Shown here one piece after another: positions 39,197 to 49,318 of a stretch of 64,000 bases of DNA (positions are counted from its first letter, which is position 1; each line of letters begins with the position of its first letter). This stretch comes from an uncultured Spirochaetota bacterium. GTDB lineage: Bacteria > Spirochaetota > UBA4802 > UBA5550. Below the pieces are notes generated by a model, which was not told the DNA's origin, did no database searches, and worked only from the letters and a program-made list of their open reading frames with translations. The DNA lies in assembly GCA_963827275.1 (NCBI GenBank), contig CAWHAA010000005.1:192001-256000 (forward strand). Reading direction: 5' to 3'. The translations under genes were made by a program, and so were the position numbers.

Positions 39197-41296
39197 ATGG
39201 AAAAACTTTTTTATCCCGAATCGCTTGTCATCATGGGGCTTTCATCAAAGCCCAACAATATTCCGAAGCTGGTGCTCGAAAACCTCATCAGGTGGGGCTA
39301 CAAGGGCCGCATCCTGGGGGTCAATCCCCGTTCGGACGACCATGATGTTAACGGCATCCGTATGTACAAGTCGATACGGGAACTCCCCGTTGTACCGGAC
39401 CTTGTATACGCACTGGTCCCCGCCCGGCTTATCCCGGACGTTGTTGAAGAATGCGGCGAATTCGGCGTCAGGTGGATGGCCATCCCCTCGGGAGGCTTTA
39501 ACGAGCTGAGCAATGAAGGAGGCAAGCTTGCAGACCTGCTCCTTGAAAAATCACGCAAATACGGCATCCGCTTCGTAGGACCCAACGGCCTTACCGTCGC
39601 CAATACCGCGAACGGCATGTGCCTGCCTTTCATCCCGTCGTTTCCTCCCCCCAAGGGAGGGTTTTCCATCATCGCACAGAGCGGCGGCGTTGGCATCATG
39701 CTCTGGAACTTCATGATGGATGAAAACATCGGGATGGCAAAGTTCGCGAGCATCGGCAACAAGCTCGACCTGGACGAGGTGGATTTCCTTGAATACTTCG
39801 GGCGCGATCCGGAGACCAAGATCATCGGCATGTACCTGGAGAGCATCCCCCGCGGCAAAGAGCTTCTGGCGGCCGCCGCCAGGATCAACAAGCCGATCGT
39901 GATCCTCAAATCCAATACCACCTCCGCGGGACGAAAAGCGGCCATGAGCCATACCGCGGCACTGTCAAACGATGACGAAATCATCGACGCCGCCTTTGAC
40001 CGGGCCGGCATTATACGGATATCCCACTTCAACGACTTCATATCGGTGGCCAAGGCCTTCGATCTTCCCCCCATGCGTGGCAACCGGCTCATGATGATGA
40101 GCCCCGCCGGCGGCATCACCGTCATGATGGCGGACCTGTGCGAAAAGATAGGGTTCAAATTCGCCGATCCCGGGAAGGAGTTCTTTGACGGCCTGAAGGG
40201 CTTTTCCAACGCGGGCGTCATCAATTTCTCCAACCCGCTCGACATGGGGGACATCTACGACCCGAACCTGTACGCAAAGATATTCTACGAGGTGATGCAC
40301 AACGACAATGTCGACGGTGCTGTGTACGTCACCCAGTGGCCCCAGATGCCGAAGGGACCGGACGTCTTTTTCAAGATGTTCCATACCGACCTTTCGAAGG
40401 AAGCCACCGGGACCATGCTTTCATCGGGCAAACCCCTGGGCGTGTGCGTCTTCGGCCTGTCGGCAACCATCGCGACCATGAAGAAAAACATAAACTTCCC
40501 CCTCTTCGACAGCTTCGAAGAGATGATGTTCGCGCTTAAAAAGCAGAGCGACTACAACATGAGAAGGCAGAAAAAAGGATCGGAGCCGCTTCCGATCGAC
40601 AGCGCCGACATCGACGCGGCCTCGCGATGGATACAGGCGAATCCCGGCGATACCGGCGAAGAATCCATGGAACTGCTGGCTGCGTTCGGCGTCCCGGCGG
40701 CAGGTTCCGCGATTGCGTTGAAGGCGGACGAGGCGGCGGTCCAGGCGCGAAAGATAGGATACCCCGTGGTCCTCAAGGTAATATCGCCCGACGCGCTCCA
40801 CAAGTCCGAGGCGGGCGGTGTCATGGTCGGCCTTCGCGACGACGAGGCGGTTAAAAAAGGATTCGAGACCATCCGGAAAAACCTGTCGGCCTACAAGAAG
40901 GACGCGCGCTTCGACGGCGTCAGGGTGGTGAAAATGGCGGATGATGGATACGACATGTTCATCGGCGGCAGGCAGGACCCCTCCTTCGGGCCGGTGATCT
41001 TCTTCGGGTTCGGCGGGATATACATCGAGGTGTTCAGGGACGTCAAGCTCCTGCTCTGCCCGGCCGGCCGCGAAGAGATCACGGAAAAAATCAAAGAGCT
41101 GAAATCCTACAGCGTCCTCACTGGGGCACGCGGGAAACAGGCAGGGAACATCGACGCGTATATCGCCATGATCGAGCGCGTATCGCACCTTTTAGCCCGG
41201 TTCCCCGAAATACAGGAACTGGACGTAAACCCGGTGCGGATTCTCGCTGACGGCTCCGGTGCGGTGGCACTGGATGCAAGGATTCGTATCGGATAA
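39197..41296 (+). CDS. Acetate/acyl-CoA ligase (ADP-forming), fused alpha-beta
   Basis: LFYPES, VGPNG, AQSGG, SIGNKLD, AAMSHTA (phospho-His), NPLDM, YPVVLK, HKSEAGGV, DVNPV. Confidence 0.92.
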   Translation: MEKLFYPESLVIMGLSSKPNNIPKLVLENLIRWGYKGRILGVNPRSDDHDVNGIRMYKSIRELPVVPDLVYALVPARLIPDVVEECGEFGVRWMAIPSGGFNELSNEGGKLADLLLEKSRKYGIRFVGPNGLTVANTANGMCLPFIPSFPPPKGGFSIIAQSGGVGIMLWNFMMDENIGMAKFASIGNKLDLDEVDFLEYFGRDPETKIIGMYLESIPRGKELLAAAARINKPIVILKSNTTSAGRKAAMSHTAALSNDDEIIDAAFDRAGIIRISHFNDFISVAKAFDLPPMRGNRLMMMSPAGGITVMMADLCEKIGFKFADPGKEFFDGLKGFSNAGVINFSNPLDMGDIYDPNLYAKIFYEVMHNDNVDGAVYVTQWPQMPKGPDVFFKMFHTDLSKEATGTMLSSGKPLGVCVFGLSATIATMKKNINFPLFDSFEEMMFALKKQSDYNMRRQKKGSEPLPIDSADIDAASRWIQANPGDTGEESMELLAAFGVPAAGSAIALKADEAAVQARKIGYPVVLKVISPDALHKSEAGGVMVGLRDDEAVKKGFETIRKNLSAYKKDARFDGVRVVKMADDGYDMFIGGRQDPSFGPVIFFGFGGIYIEVFRDVKLLLCPAGREEITEKIKELKSYSVLTGARGKQAGNIDAYIAMIERVSHLLARFPEIQELDVNPVRILADGSGAVALDARIRIG

Positions 41297-41325
41297 AGTC
41301 AAATGAGCGGCCTCCGGGTACAATC

Positions 41326-43512
41326 ATGAATCCGTATATCATACTCCCGGTCCTTGCATTCCTCATCAATTTCTTTATGATGTCATACGCGATGGCGTTG
41401 AACATACGGAATCCCGTCAATCGTTCATATGTGATGCTTTCAGCCGTCATTTCTCTCTGGGTCCTCTGCAGCGCCGCATTTCATCTTCCTCTCGAAGACG
41501 CGGCCATAGTCCCCTTCAGCAAATTCTCTTCAATTTTCTGGTATCTGACCGGATTTTTTTTCACAAATTTTACCTACATGTTTTTGCAGCGGCAGCGCGA
41601 CCTGTTTTACTATTCCATCCTGGCCATATCGCTTACTGCAATCATCACCGCAACAACGACTGACTTGATCATTTCCGGGTTTGCGCGTTACGATTGGGGC
41701 TGGCGCTTCAACGAGGGCGTCCTTTTCTCCCTTGTCACCGTGATTGCCATCATCATGCCCATCATCGTTTCCTGGGCACTGGCCTTCCGCCACAGGCAGT
41801 CAACCGGCGACCCGGTCAGGCGGAGACAGATTGCGCCGCTCCTTGCGGGGGTCCTGATCTCGCTTCTATTCTCAGGAATCAACCAGTTCATCATACCGAA
41901 CCTTACTGGCTTCGAAAACAGCGTCCGGTATACCGCCTCATGGAGCGTTATCCTCAGCCTGTTTGTCTTCTACACGACCATCAGGTACCGCTTCCTGACC
42001 CCCGAAATACACGATATCGCCGACGAGCTTTTCGCCTCTTCCAGGGAAGGAGTCGTTATACTCAACAGCACCGGATCCGTGCTGAACATGAATGAAGCCG
42101 CCATTACAATACTGCATGTCGGCGATGCAATGACGGCGTCGCTCCGCATCGAAACGCTGGTTGACAAGTATAGCGCTGAACATTCCTACAGCAATTATAT
42201 AACCACGACCTCGCACCCAGGGTGGAAGCGGACGATTCTGCTTAACCAGTCTGTCATTCGCGCGGGGGACATGACCATCGGCAAAATCCTTATCATCAAC
42301 GACATCACCGAGATGGCCCGCATGAACGAGGCGCTGAGGGAGTCAAATGAGCTGTTCAAGCTCATCACCAACAATGTGAAGGACGTTATCTGGATCTTCG
42401 ACCTGGCGTTATTAAAATTCAGCTATGTGAGCCCGTCGGTGACGGCAAGCACGGGCTGGAGCCCGGGTGAATTTACCAGCCTCACGCTCACCGATCTGCT
42501 GGACGGTGATGACCTCAGGACCCTGACAGCCATACTTGGCGATGAAATAGCATCGGACGGGATGCGCGAACAGGGCAGATCACGGTCGCACACGCTGAAA
42601 GAACGCTCGAAAAACGGTGCGATGATTGACATCGAGATCAACACCTCCTTTATACGGGACACGACCGGAAAACCTGTCGCCATCCTCGGAGTAACCAGGG
42701 ACATCACCGTGCAGAAACGTCTCGAAAACGAGCTGCGGACGAGCGTCTTACAGCTGAAAGAACGCAACGAGAGCATTGAAAAGGACCTCAAAACCGCGCA
42801 AGTCGTCCAGCGGGCGCTCCTCCCCGCGGAAGCACCTTCGTGCGAACGGCTCGCTATCGGGTTTCGCTACAACACGCCGGAAGCCATCGGCGGAGACTTT
42901 TTCAACATCCAACCGCTGGCCGAAGGCGGCCTGTCAATCTTCGTCAGCGATGTCACCGGGCACGGTATTACGGCCGCACTTTTTCTTTCCCTGCTCAAAT
43001 CGATCAGCACCGCCCATCTCCGCAGATATGCCAGCGAGCCGAAAGACTACCTCGCCGCGCTCAACGCCGACCTTTATGAAAACATGCACACGTATTTTGT
43101 TTCCGCGGTGTACGGCTTTTTTCATTGCGGGGGCATTGAAGATATCATGCGGCTTACGGTATCATGCGCGGGGCACCCCGCTCCCATCATACACCCTTCC
43201 GGAGGGGGACCGGCACGGTACCTTGATATCCAGGGCAAAGTCATCGGATTGATGAGAGACACTTCTTTCCCATCACTTGAATTGTCCCTCAATACCGGGG
43301 ACCGCGTCTATTTCTACACTGACGGCCTTCCCGAAATGACCGATGCGGGCCACGAATGCCTGGGGTATGGGCGCTTTCTCGAAATAATCGGCGGCACCGG
43401 GGCACTGTCACTGAATGAAGCGCTGGATTCAATCATAGCGGCGGCGAACCGTTTCCGCTGCGACGAGCCTATTACTGACGATCTTGTCATCATCGGGGTA
43501 GAGGTCCTCTGA
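41326..43512 (+). CDS. 7TM-PAS-PAS-SpoIIE (PP2C) protein phosphatase
   Basis: About 7 N-terminal TM helices, two PAS regions (INDITE, TRDITV), IGGDFF, SDVTGHG, AGHP, YTDG, DDLVI. Confidence 0.9.
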   Translation: MNPYIILPVLAFLINFFMMSYAMALNIRNPVNRSYVMLSAVISLWVLCSAAFHLPLEDAAIVPFSKFSSIFWYLTGFFFTNFTYMFLQRQRDLFYYSILAISLTAIITATTTDLIISGFARYDWGWRFNEGVLFSLVTVIAIIMPIIVSWALAFRHRQSTGDPVRRRQIAPLLAGVLISLLFSGINQFIIPNLTGFENSVRYTASWSVILSLFVFYTTIRYRFLTPEIHDIADELFASSREGVVILNSTGSVLNMNEAAITILHVGDAMTASLRIETLVDKYSAEHSYSNYITTTSHPGWKRTILLNQSVIRAGDMTIGKILIINDITEMARMNEALRESNELFKLITNNVKDVIWIFDLALLKFSYVSPSVTASTGWSPGEFTSLTLTDLLDGDDLRTLTAILGDEIASDGMREQGRSRSHTLKERSKNGAMIDIEINTSFIRDTTGKPVAILGVTRDITVQKRLENELRTSVLQLKERNESIEKDLKTAQVVQRALLPAEAPSCERLAIGFRYNTPEAIGGDFFNIQPLAEGGLSIFVSDVTGHGITAALFLSLLKSISTAHLRRYASEPKDYLAALNADLYENMHTYFVSAVYGFFHCGGIEDIMRLTVSCAGHPAPIIHPSGGGPARYLDIQGKVIGLMRDTSFPSLELSLNTGDRVYFYTDGLPEMTDAGHECLGYGRFLEIIGGTGALSLNEALDSIIAAANRFRCDEPITDDLVIIGVEVL

Positions 43513-43924
43513 CGCCGCCAAGCCGTTCCCTGATCGCGGGCACGCACCGTCCCATCAGCATGATCTTTTTTTTCCCGGCGAGGGTAAAGGTCATATAATG
43601 GAACAGAAACCTGCCATACGCGACATCGGTCATGGCGTCAAACCCGATATATATCGGATCATGAAACATTTTAAACAGGATGATGGGCACCATCCCTATC
43701 CCCTGCCGGTACACGGTGACGTTCACGGTTGAATTATAATTCCCCATGAGGCCGAACCGCACCGATTGGAACGAATAGACTTCGCCGGTTTCATGCAGCG
43801 CCGGGGGCGGAGGGTTCGATTGCGCGACGCCCCGCCATCCGCCCACGAGCGAGATAAGGCCGGCAACCCCGACCCAGAGCAATACGAATAAAGGAATGAA
43901 CACGAAGGGTATCAATGCTTCCAT
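43490..43924 (-). CDS. Hypothetical membrane protein
   Basis: 144 aa with an N-terminal TM helix; GAGG RBS. Confidence 0.65.
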   Translation of the reverse strand: MEALIPFVFIPLFVLLWVGVAGLISLVGGWRGVAQSNPPPPALHETGEVYSFQSVRFGLMGNYNSTVNVTVYRQGIGMVPIILFKMFHDPIYIGFDAMTDVAYGRFLFHYMTFTLAGKKKIMLMGRCVPAIRERLGGVRGPLPR

Positions 43925-43944
43925 GGTGCCGCCCTCTGATGTTA

Positions 43945-45802
43945 TTATTCATTGCCCGGGGGGCCGGACAATTCTCCAAGCTCCCGGTCAAACTGCCGTG
44001 TCTTCTCCTCGAGCTCGCAGATGAGAATTTCGAGCTCGTCGAAGAGCGCGTCGACCTCTGTCCGCGACGCATGGATCTCCTTCGAGAGCCGGGCTATTTT
44101 TTCACCGCCGCCCGTTCCTGACGCTTCGATGATATCATTGTTCAGGCCGGACAGGCGCCTTTCTTTTTCATCGATCCCGGCCTCGAGTTTTTCTATCTTC
44201 GCCTTGAGGGGATTGATTGTTTTCGATTTTCTCGCCAGGATGTCGGCGCGCAGCTTTCTCTGGTCTTTTTTGTTCACGCTGTCCCTCGACGGCCCCGCGG
44301 CGTCCGCCGAACCGTCCGTCTCGCGCTCATCCTCCCACCCGACCTTGTCGAGAAATGCCTGATAGGTCCCCTCGAAGACGGATATCCCGCCGCCCTGGAA
44401 GACGATAAACCTGTTTGCCAGCGTGTGAAGGAACATCTCGTTGTGGGTGACGATTATTGCCGCGCCCCCGAAATCGTCGATGGCGGCAAGGAGCGCGTCG
44501 CTTGACTCCATGTCCAGGTGGTTCGTCGGCTCGTCAAGGAGGAGCAGGTTCGACTTCTGCGCGAGTATCTTCCCGAGGAGCACCCTGCTCTTCTCGCCCC
44601 CGGAGAGCACCTCGATTTTCTTCAGGGCCATGTCGCCTTCGAACATCATGGCGCCGGCGATGTCCCTCGATTTCTGCCGGTCGCACCCCGAGAGCATAAT
44701 CTCCTCCTCGATGGTATATGCGGGTGATGAGGCGAAGGACATTCGTCTGGGCGAAATGGCCGACCACCGCATCGCCGTGCATGGCGATGGAACCTGCCCG
44801 GGGACCGAGCTCGCCGGCCAGCAGGCGCAGGAGCGTGGTCTTCCCCTTGCCGTTTTTCCCGATCACGCAGATGCGGTCGTCCTTTCCGACGGTGACGCTG
44901 AAGTCATGGATCAGGTCCTCGCCGTCATAGGAAAAGGAAAGGCCTTCCACCCGCATGAGTGTCTTCGCCGGGAAGGGCTGGTAGCTGAATGAAAAGTCCA
45001 GGGTCTTGATCTTATCAAGCCGGTCGAGCTTCTCCATCTTGTCCAGTGCCTTGATGCGCGACTGCACCATGCCGGCAAGGCGCGCCTTTGCCCGGAAGCG
45101 GGTTATGAAGAGCTCCGCCTCCTTCCGCTTTTTCTCATCGTTGACGCGGGTGTTCTCGTAGATCTCCTCTTCCTTTAATATCTGCTCGTAGTACTTGTCA
45201 GTGCCCCCCTCGATCTTGCGGACCCTCCGCCGGTGTATGCCCATCGTATGCGTGGTAACGCTGTCCATGAAGGCGCGGTCGTGGGTGATGACGACAAGCT
45301 CGCTCTTCCACTGGCGGAGAAATTTTTCCAGCCAGCGGATCGATATGATGTCAAGGTAGTTTGTCGGTTCGTCAAGGAGGAGGAGGTCCGGCTCCGACAC
45401 CAGCACCCGGGCGAGGCCCAGCCGGACCTGGTACCCCCCGGAAAACTCGGAGGTCTTCCGCTCCATGTCCTGCTTCGAGAACCCGAGGCCGGAGAGTATC
45501 TTCTCCGCCATCCAGGTTTCACCATGCAGGTGTTCCGGGAGCCCGCGGCAGGCCTCGGACAGCACCGTCTGCTCCGCAAAGAGGAGCTGCTGGGTGACAT
45601 ATCCGACGCGATAGTTCCGCGGTATCGATATTTCGCCGGAATCCCCCTGCTCCTCGCCGATGATGATGCGGAACAGGGTGGTCTTGCCGTGCCCGTTGCG
45701 GCCGACCAGCCCTACCCGCTCCTTCGGATTGATACTGACATTCACGTTTTCAAACAGGAGCTGGGTGCCGAACGATTTCGATAGATTGATTATTTTTATC
45801 AT
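43945..45802 (-). CDS. ABC-F family ATPase (frameshift at about 44720)
   Basis: Two ABC domains: GRNGHGKTT/FSGG/LDEPTN and GKNGKGKTT/LSGGEK/LDEPTNHLD; C-terminal coiled coil; no TM segments. Confidence 0.92.
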
Positions 45803-45937
45803 AGCATGTTAATGCCGACAATAATTGGAGCTGCGCGTTTAAATTTCAACAGGAAAAATTCCCGCCCCGGTCCCGCCACTTCCATGAACCGCACCAGACC
45901 TGATTCAAAGTGATCTGCCATGCTATTGTATCCCGGG

Positions 45938-47635
45938 TTACTTCCTGGCGGCCGGGCGGCCAAGCGCCTTCTTCTGTTTTTCCCTTCCGGCGCTGTTTCT
46001 TTCCACGAAGACGGGTTTTCCGGTAAAGGGGTTGCGGCCCGTGTAATACATGACCGCCGACCAGGTCGAGGGCAGCGGGGTGAATATCTGCACCTGCTCC
46101 GGGTCGATATGCAGCTCCTGCCGCATAAAGCCGCGCAGGTGCTTCATGTCGTCAAGCGTGCTCCCGGGATGGGCCGCGATAAGGTAATAGGTGAGATACT
46201 GCCTTTTCCCGTGCTGCCTGTTCAGCCGGTTGAAAAGGTCGCGGAAGGCGAGCAGGCTGTCGACGGACGGTTTTCCCATGAGATCGAGGACGCGCTGCAC
46301 GCAGTGCTCCGGTGCGACCTTCAGCTGGCCCGATACGTGGTGCCGTACGATCTCGGACAGGTATTCCTCCCCGGCGTCGCGATCGGCCATGACGAGGTCA
46401 TGGCGCATGCCCGATGCGACAAAGGCTTTCCTGACACCGTGAATCTTCCGGATCTTCCTTAGGAGCGCCACCTGGCTCTTGTGCGACACGCTCATGCTAC
46501 GGCATACATAGTCACCGAGGCATTGCCGGTCCGTGCACGGGCCCTTCCCGGCCCTCATCCTGCATCCCATACCGTACATGTTGGCAGTGGGCCCGCCGAT
46601 ATCGGCGATGATGCCCCGAAACGCCGGGTCGGCCACAAACCGTTTCGCCTCCCTTATAATGGACGCCTCGCTCCTCGAAACAATGAAACGACCCTGGTGG
46701 ACCGCTATGGAGCAAAAATTACACCCCCCGAAGCACCCGCGGTGCGTGGTGATTGAAAACCGTATGGTATCAAGGGCGCGCGCCTCCCCCATGCTTTTAT
46801 AATAGGGATGCAGATCGCGCTCATACTCGTGCTCATAAACGCGGTCCAGCTCTTCCGAGGTAAGCGGCATGGCGGGCGGATTATGGATAAGATACCGGTC
46901 GCCATGCTTCTGCGCCATGCCGCTGCCGCCGGCCGGGTCACCGTTTGCGAAGAAGAGCCGGCTCATGGTGATAAACGCCCCGTGGTCCTTTGCGGCGCGC
47001 TCAAATGACGGCAGCTCGATGTAGCCGGGAACCGCGGCAGCGGCAATATGGCATATGCCCCGGGTCCCGCGGTGGTCCTTGTTCTCTTTCAGCCTGCCGG
47101 CAAGCTCCAGCACCGCGCGCTCGCCCATACCGTACACCAGGATATCCGCCTTGGCGTCAAAAAGCAACGAGCGGCGCACCCCGTTGTCCCGGAAATCGTA
47201 ATGGGCGATACGGCGCAGGCTTGCCTCTATCCCACCGATAACTATCGGTACAGTATCCTTATAATGCTGACGGATCAGGTTAACGTATACAATGACCGCC
47301 CTGTCAGGCCTGCGGACGTTCCTGCCGCCCGGCGTCAGGTCATCATGCGTCCTTTTCTTCCCTGAGGCAGTATAGTTCGAAACAAGCGAATCCACCGAGC
47401 CCGAGCTGACGCCCCAGAAAAGCGCCGGCTCGCCAAGACGGGCAATGTCCCGTCCGTCCCTGATATCCGGCTGGGCTATGATACCGACCCGGTACCCTGC
47501 GTCCATCAGGACATGGCCGATAACAGCTATCCCCATATAGGGGCTATCGATATAGGTGTCCCCCGTGACGAGTATCACATCAAGCCGCTCCCAGCCGAGG
47601 GCTTTTACTTCTTCCATGGTGGTGGGTATGAACAA
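45938..47635 (-). CDS. YgiQ (UPF0313) radical SAM protein
   Basis: TTG start FIPTT, GDTYID, RPDRA, IGGIEASLRRIAHYD, HRGCFGGCNFC, KVAPEH, AAHPG, QVQIFTP. Confidence 0.93.
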   Translation of the reverse strand: MFIPTTMEEVKALGWERLDVILVTGDTYIDSPYMGIAVIGHVLMDAGYRVGIIAQPDIRDGRDIARLGEPALFWGVSSGSVDSLVSNYTASGKKRTHDDLTPGGRNVRRPDRAVIVYVNLIRQHYKDTVPIVIGGIEASLRRIAHYDFRDNGVRRSLLFDAKADILVYGMGERAVLELAGRLKENKDHRGTRGICHIAAAAVPGYIELPSFERAAKDHGAFITMSRLFFANGDPAGGSGMAQKHGDRYLIHNPPAMPLTSEELDRVYEHEYERDLHPYYKSMGEARALDTIRFSITTHRGCFGGCNFCSIAVHQGRFIVSRSEASIIREAKRFVADPAFRGIIADIGGPTANMYGMGCRMRAGKGPCTDRQCLGDYVCRSMSVSHKSQVALLRKIRKIHGVRKAFVASGMRHDLVMADRDAGEEYLSEIVRHHVSGQLKVAPEHCVQRVLDLMGKPSVDSLLAFRDLFNRLNRQHGKRQYLTYYLIAAHPGSTLDDMKHLRGFMRQELHIDPEQVQIFTPLPSTWSAVMYYTGRNPFTGKPVFVERNSAGREKQKKALGRPAARK

Positions 47636-47727
47636 AAAACCGTCTCCGTTTACCTTTTTTATTGCTGCTCGGGGAGATATAGCCCAAAATCCAGGGGTCA
47701 GAGTAAAAATCAACCGATAACTATCGG
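47234..47727 (+). repeat. Two further ACCGATAACTATCGG copies (47234, 47713)
   Basis: Exact 15-mers; the 47713 copy lies between GGGGTCAG (47694) and CTGACCCC (47735). Confidence 0.85.
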
Positions 47728-47783
47728 GACCGCCCTGACCCCGGGGTCAAAGCACCCCTCATGTATCAACAAACTAGTCAGGA

Positions 47784-48617
47784 TCAGGGAAAGTCCGGGT
47801 CTTTTTTAGACAGAAACGCCGATATGCCGTGCACGCATTCGCCTGACGCGATCAGGTCAGATGCGATGGATGTTTCACCTTTCAGGGCTTCAAGCAGGGG
47901 CTGGTCCGCCGAGCCCCGTATCACCTTCAGGGCGGCCTGAACCGCGCGGGGACCGTTCTTCGAGATGGCTTCGGCAACTTCAAAGGCATCTTCAACGACC
48001 TTCCCCGGTCTGCTTACGCGGTTCACCAGGCCCAGCCTGAAGGCTTCCTCTGCCCCCACCTTCCGGGCCGTCAATATCAGGTCAGCCGCTATCGACCTGC
48101 CCGCGAGCCGGGCCAGGGCAACGCCGCCGCCCCAGTCCGGCATCAGGCCCAGCCGTGTTTCGGAAAAGCATATGACCGCGCCGGGGTCCATCAGCCTCAT
48201 ATCGCACCTGACGGCGAGTTCCGCACCGCCGCCGTAGGCGAGTCCGTTTATCGCCGCGATGACCGGCACCGGGAGGTCCACAAGCCTGTCTACAGTGTGC
48301 CGTATATATTCGATCAGCTTCTCCACCGGTCCCCGGGTATGGTTCCGGACCGCTTCCATCAGGCTTGCCACCTGCGGATTTGCCGGGTTTACATCGAACC
48401 CGGCGCTGAATGCCCGGTCGCCCGCACCCGTCACGACTATGGCGCGGGGCATTTTTTTTATGATCTGTCCCACTGCCGATTCAAGCCCGGCCCACATATC
48501 CTGGTCAAAGGCGTTTCTTTTATCCGGCCTGTTCAGTGTGATAACGGCGCAGCGGCCCCGGAACTCCAGAAGCACAGAATCGCCAACCCTGCCGCCATCG
48601 CTGTCATGAACGGACAT
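47784..48617 (-). CDS. Enoyl-CoA hydratase/isomerase family protein
   Basis: ITLNRPDKRNA, AFSAGFD, PVIAAINGLAYGGGAEL, ETRLGLMPDWGG. Confidence 0.93.
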   Translation of the reverse strand: MSVHDSDGGRVGDSVLLEFRGRCAVITLNRPDKRNAFDQDMWAGLESAVGQIIKKMPRAIVVTGAGDRAFSAGFDVNPANPQVASLMEAVRNHTRGPVEKLIEYIRHTVDRLVDLPVPVIAAINGLAYGGGAELAVRCDMRLMDPGAVICFSETRLGLMPDWGGGVALARLAGRSIAADLILTARKVGAEEAFRLGLVNRVSRPGKVVEDAFEVAEAISKNGPRAVQAALKVIRGSADQPLLEALKGETSIASDLIASGECVHGISAFLSKKDPDFP

Positions 48618-49167
48618 ATTTTTCACCAAAACAATCCAGGTGTGTAAAATCCGCCACGTTTTTGCGGGGCGGTCCCTGCCGGTCAGGTACCGCGGGTTTC
48701 CCGACAGGAATCACGGTCACCGCCTCATACCCCTCCGGCACCGAAAGCGCCTTCTTCAGCGCCCGGTGGTCAATAAGGCTCACGATAACAGTCCCCAGTC
48801 CGAGATCATGCGCCCTGAGGCATATATTCTGTACCGCAAGCGCCAGGTCGAACAAGAACCATTCGTTGAAAATTGTCAGGTTTTTCCCGTCATGGGCGCC
48901 TGAAACTCCGGTTTTAGCGCACCCCACGATAACAGCCGAAGCCGCCTGGGTGCACTTGACCGCCGGATTATTCTGGGAATAGGTCCCGGCGATCTTCTCC
49001 ATGACCTGCGGGTCCCTGACGACAATGAATTCCCACACCTGGGTGTTCGCCCATGACGGGGCCCAGCGGGCCGCCTCAAGGAGCTGGGCAATCTCATCAT
49101 CGGTAACCCGGTAATCGGTGAATTTCCGCACGCTTCTGCGCTTGATAATGGCTTCTTTTACTTCCAT
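48604..49167 (-). CDS. Nitroreductase family protein
   Basis: RRSVRKF, APSWANTQVW, AHDLGLGT; GGAGG RBS. Confidence 0.92.
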   Translation of the reverse strand: MEVKEAIIKRRSVRKFTDYRVTDDEIAQLLEAARWAPSWANTQVWEFIVVRDPQVMEKIAGTYSQNNPAVKCTQAASAVIVGCAKTGVSGAHDGKNLTIFNEWFLFDLALAVQNICLRAHDLGLGTVIVSLIDHRALKKALSVPEGYEAVTVIPVGKPAVPDRQGPPRKNVADFTHLDCFGEKYVRS

Positions 49168-49318
49168 AATAACCTCCGGTAGATCATTACCCTGTATCAT
49201 CTGATTGACAGTATTAATAAGACCCGAATCATAAATGCAATACATTTTCATAGCCATATCAGCCGAGGGACTTTTAAAAAAATTCTTGCCATCCGCGCCA
49301 TATCGCTATCGTTAAGCC

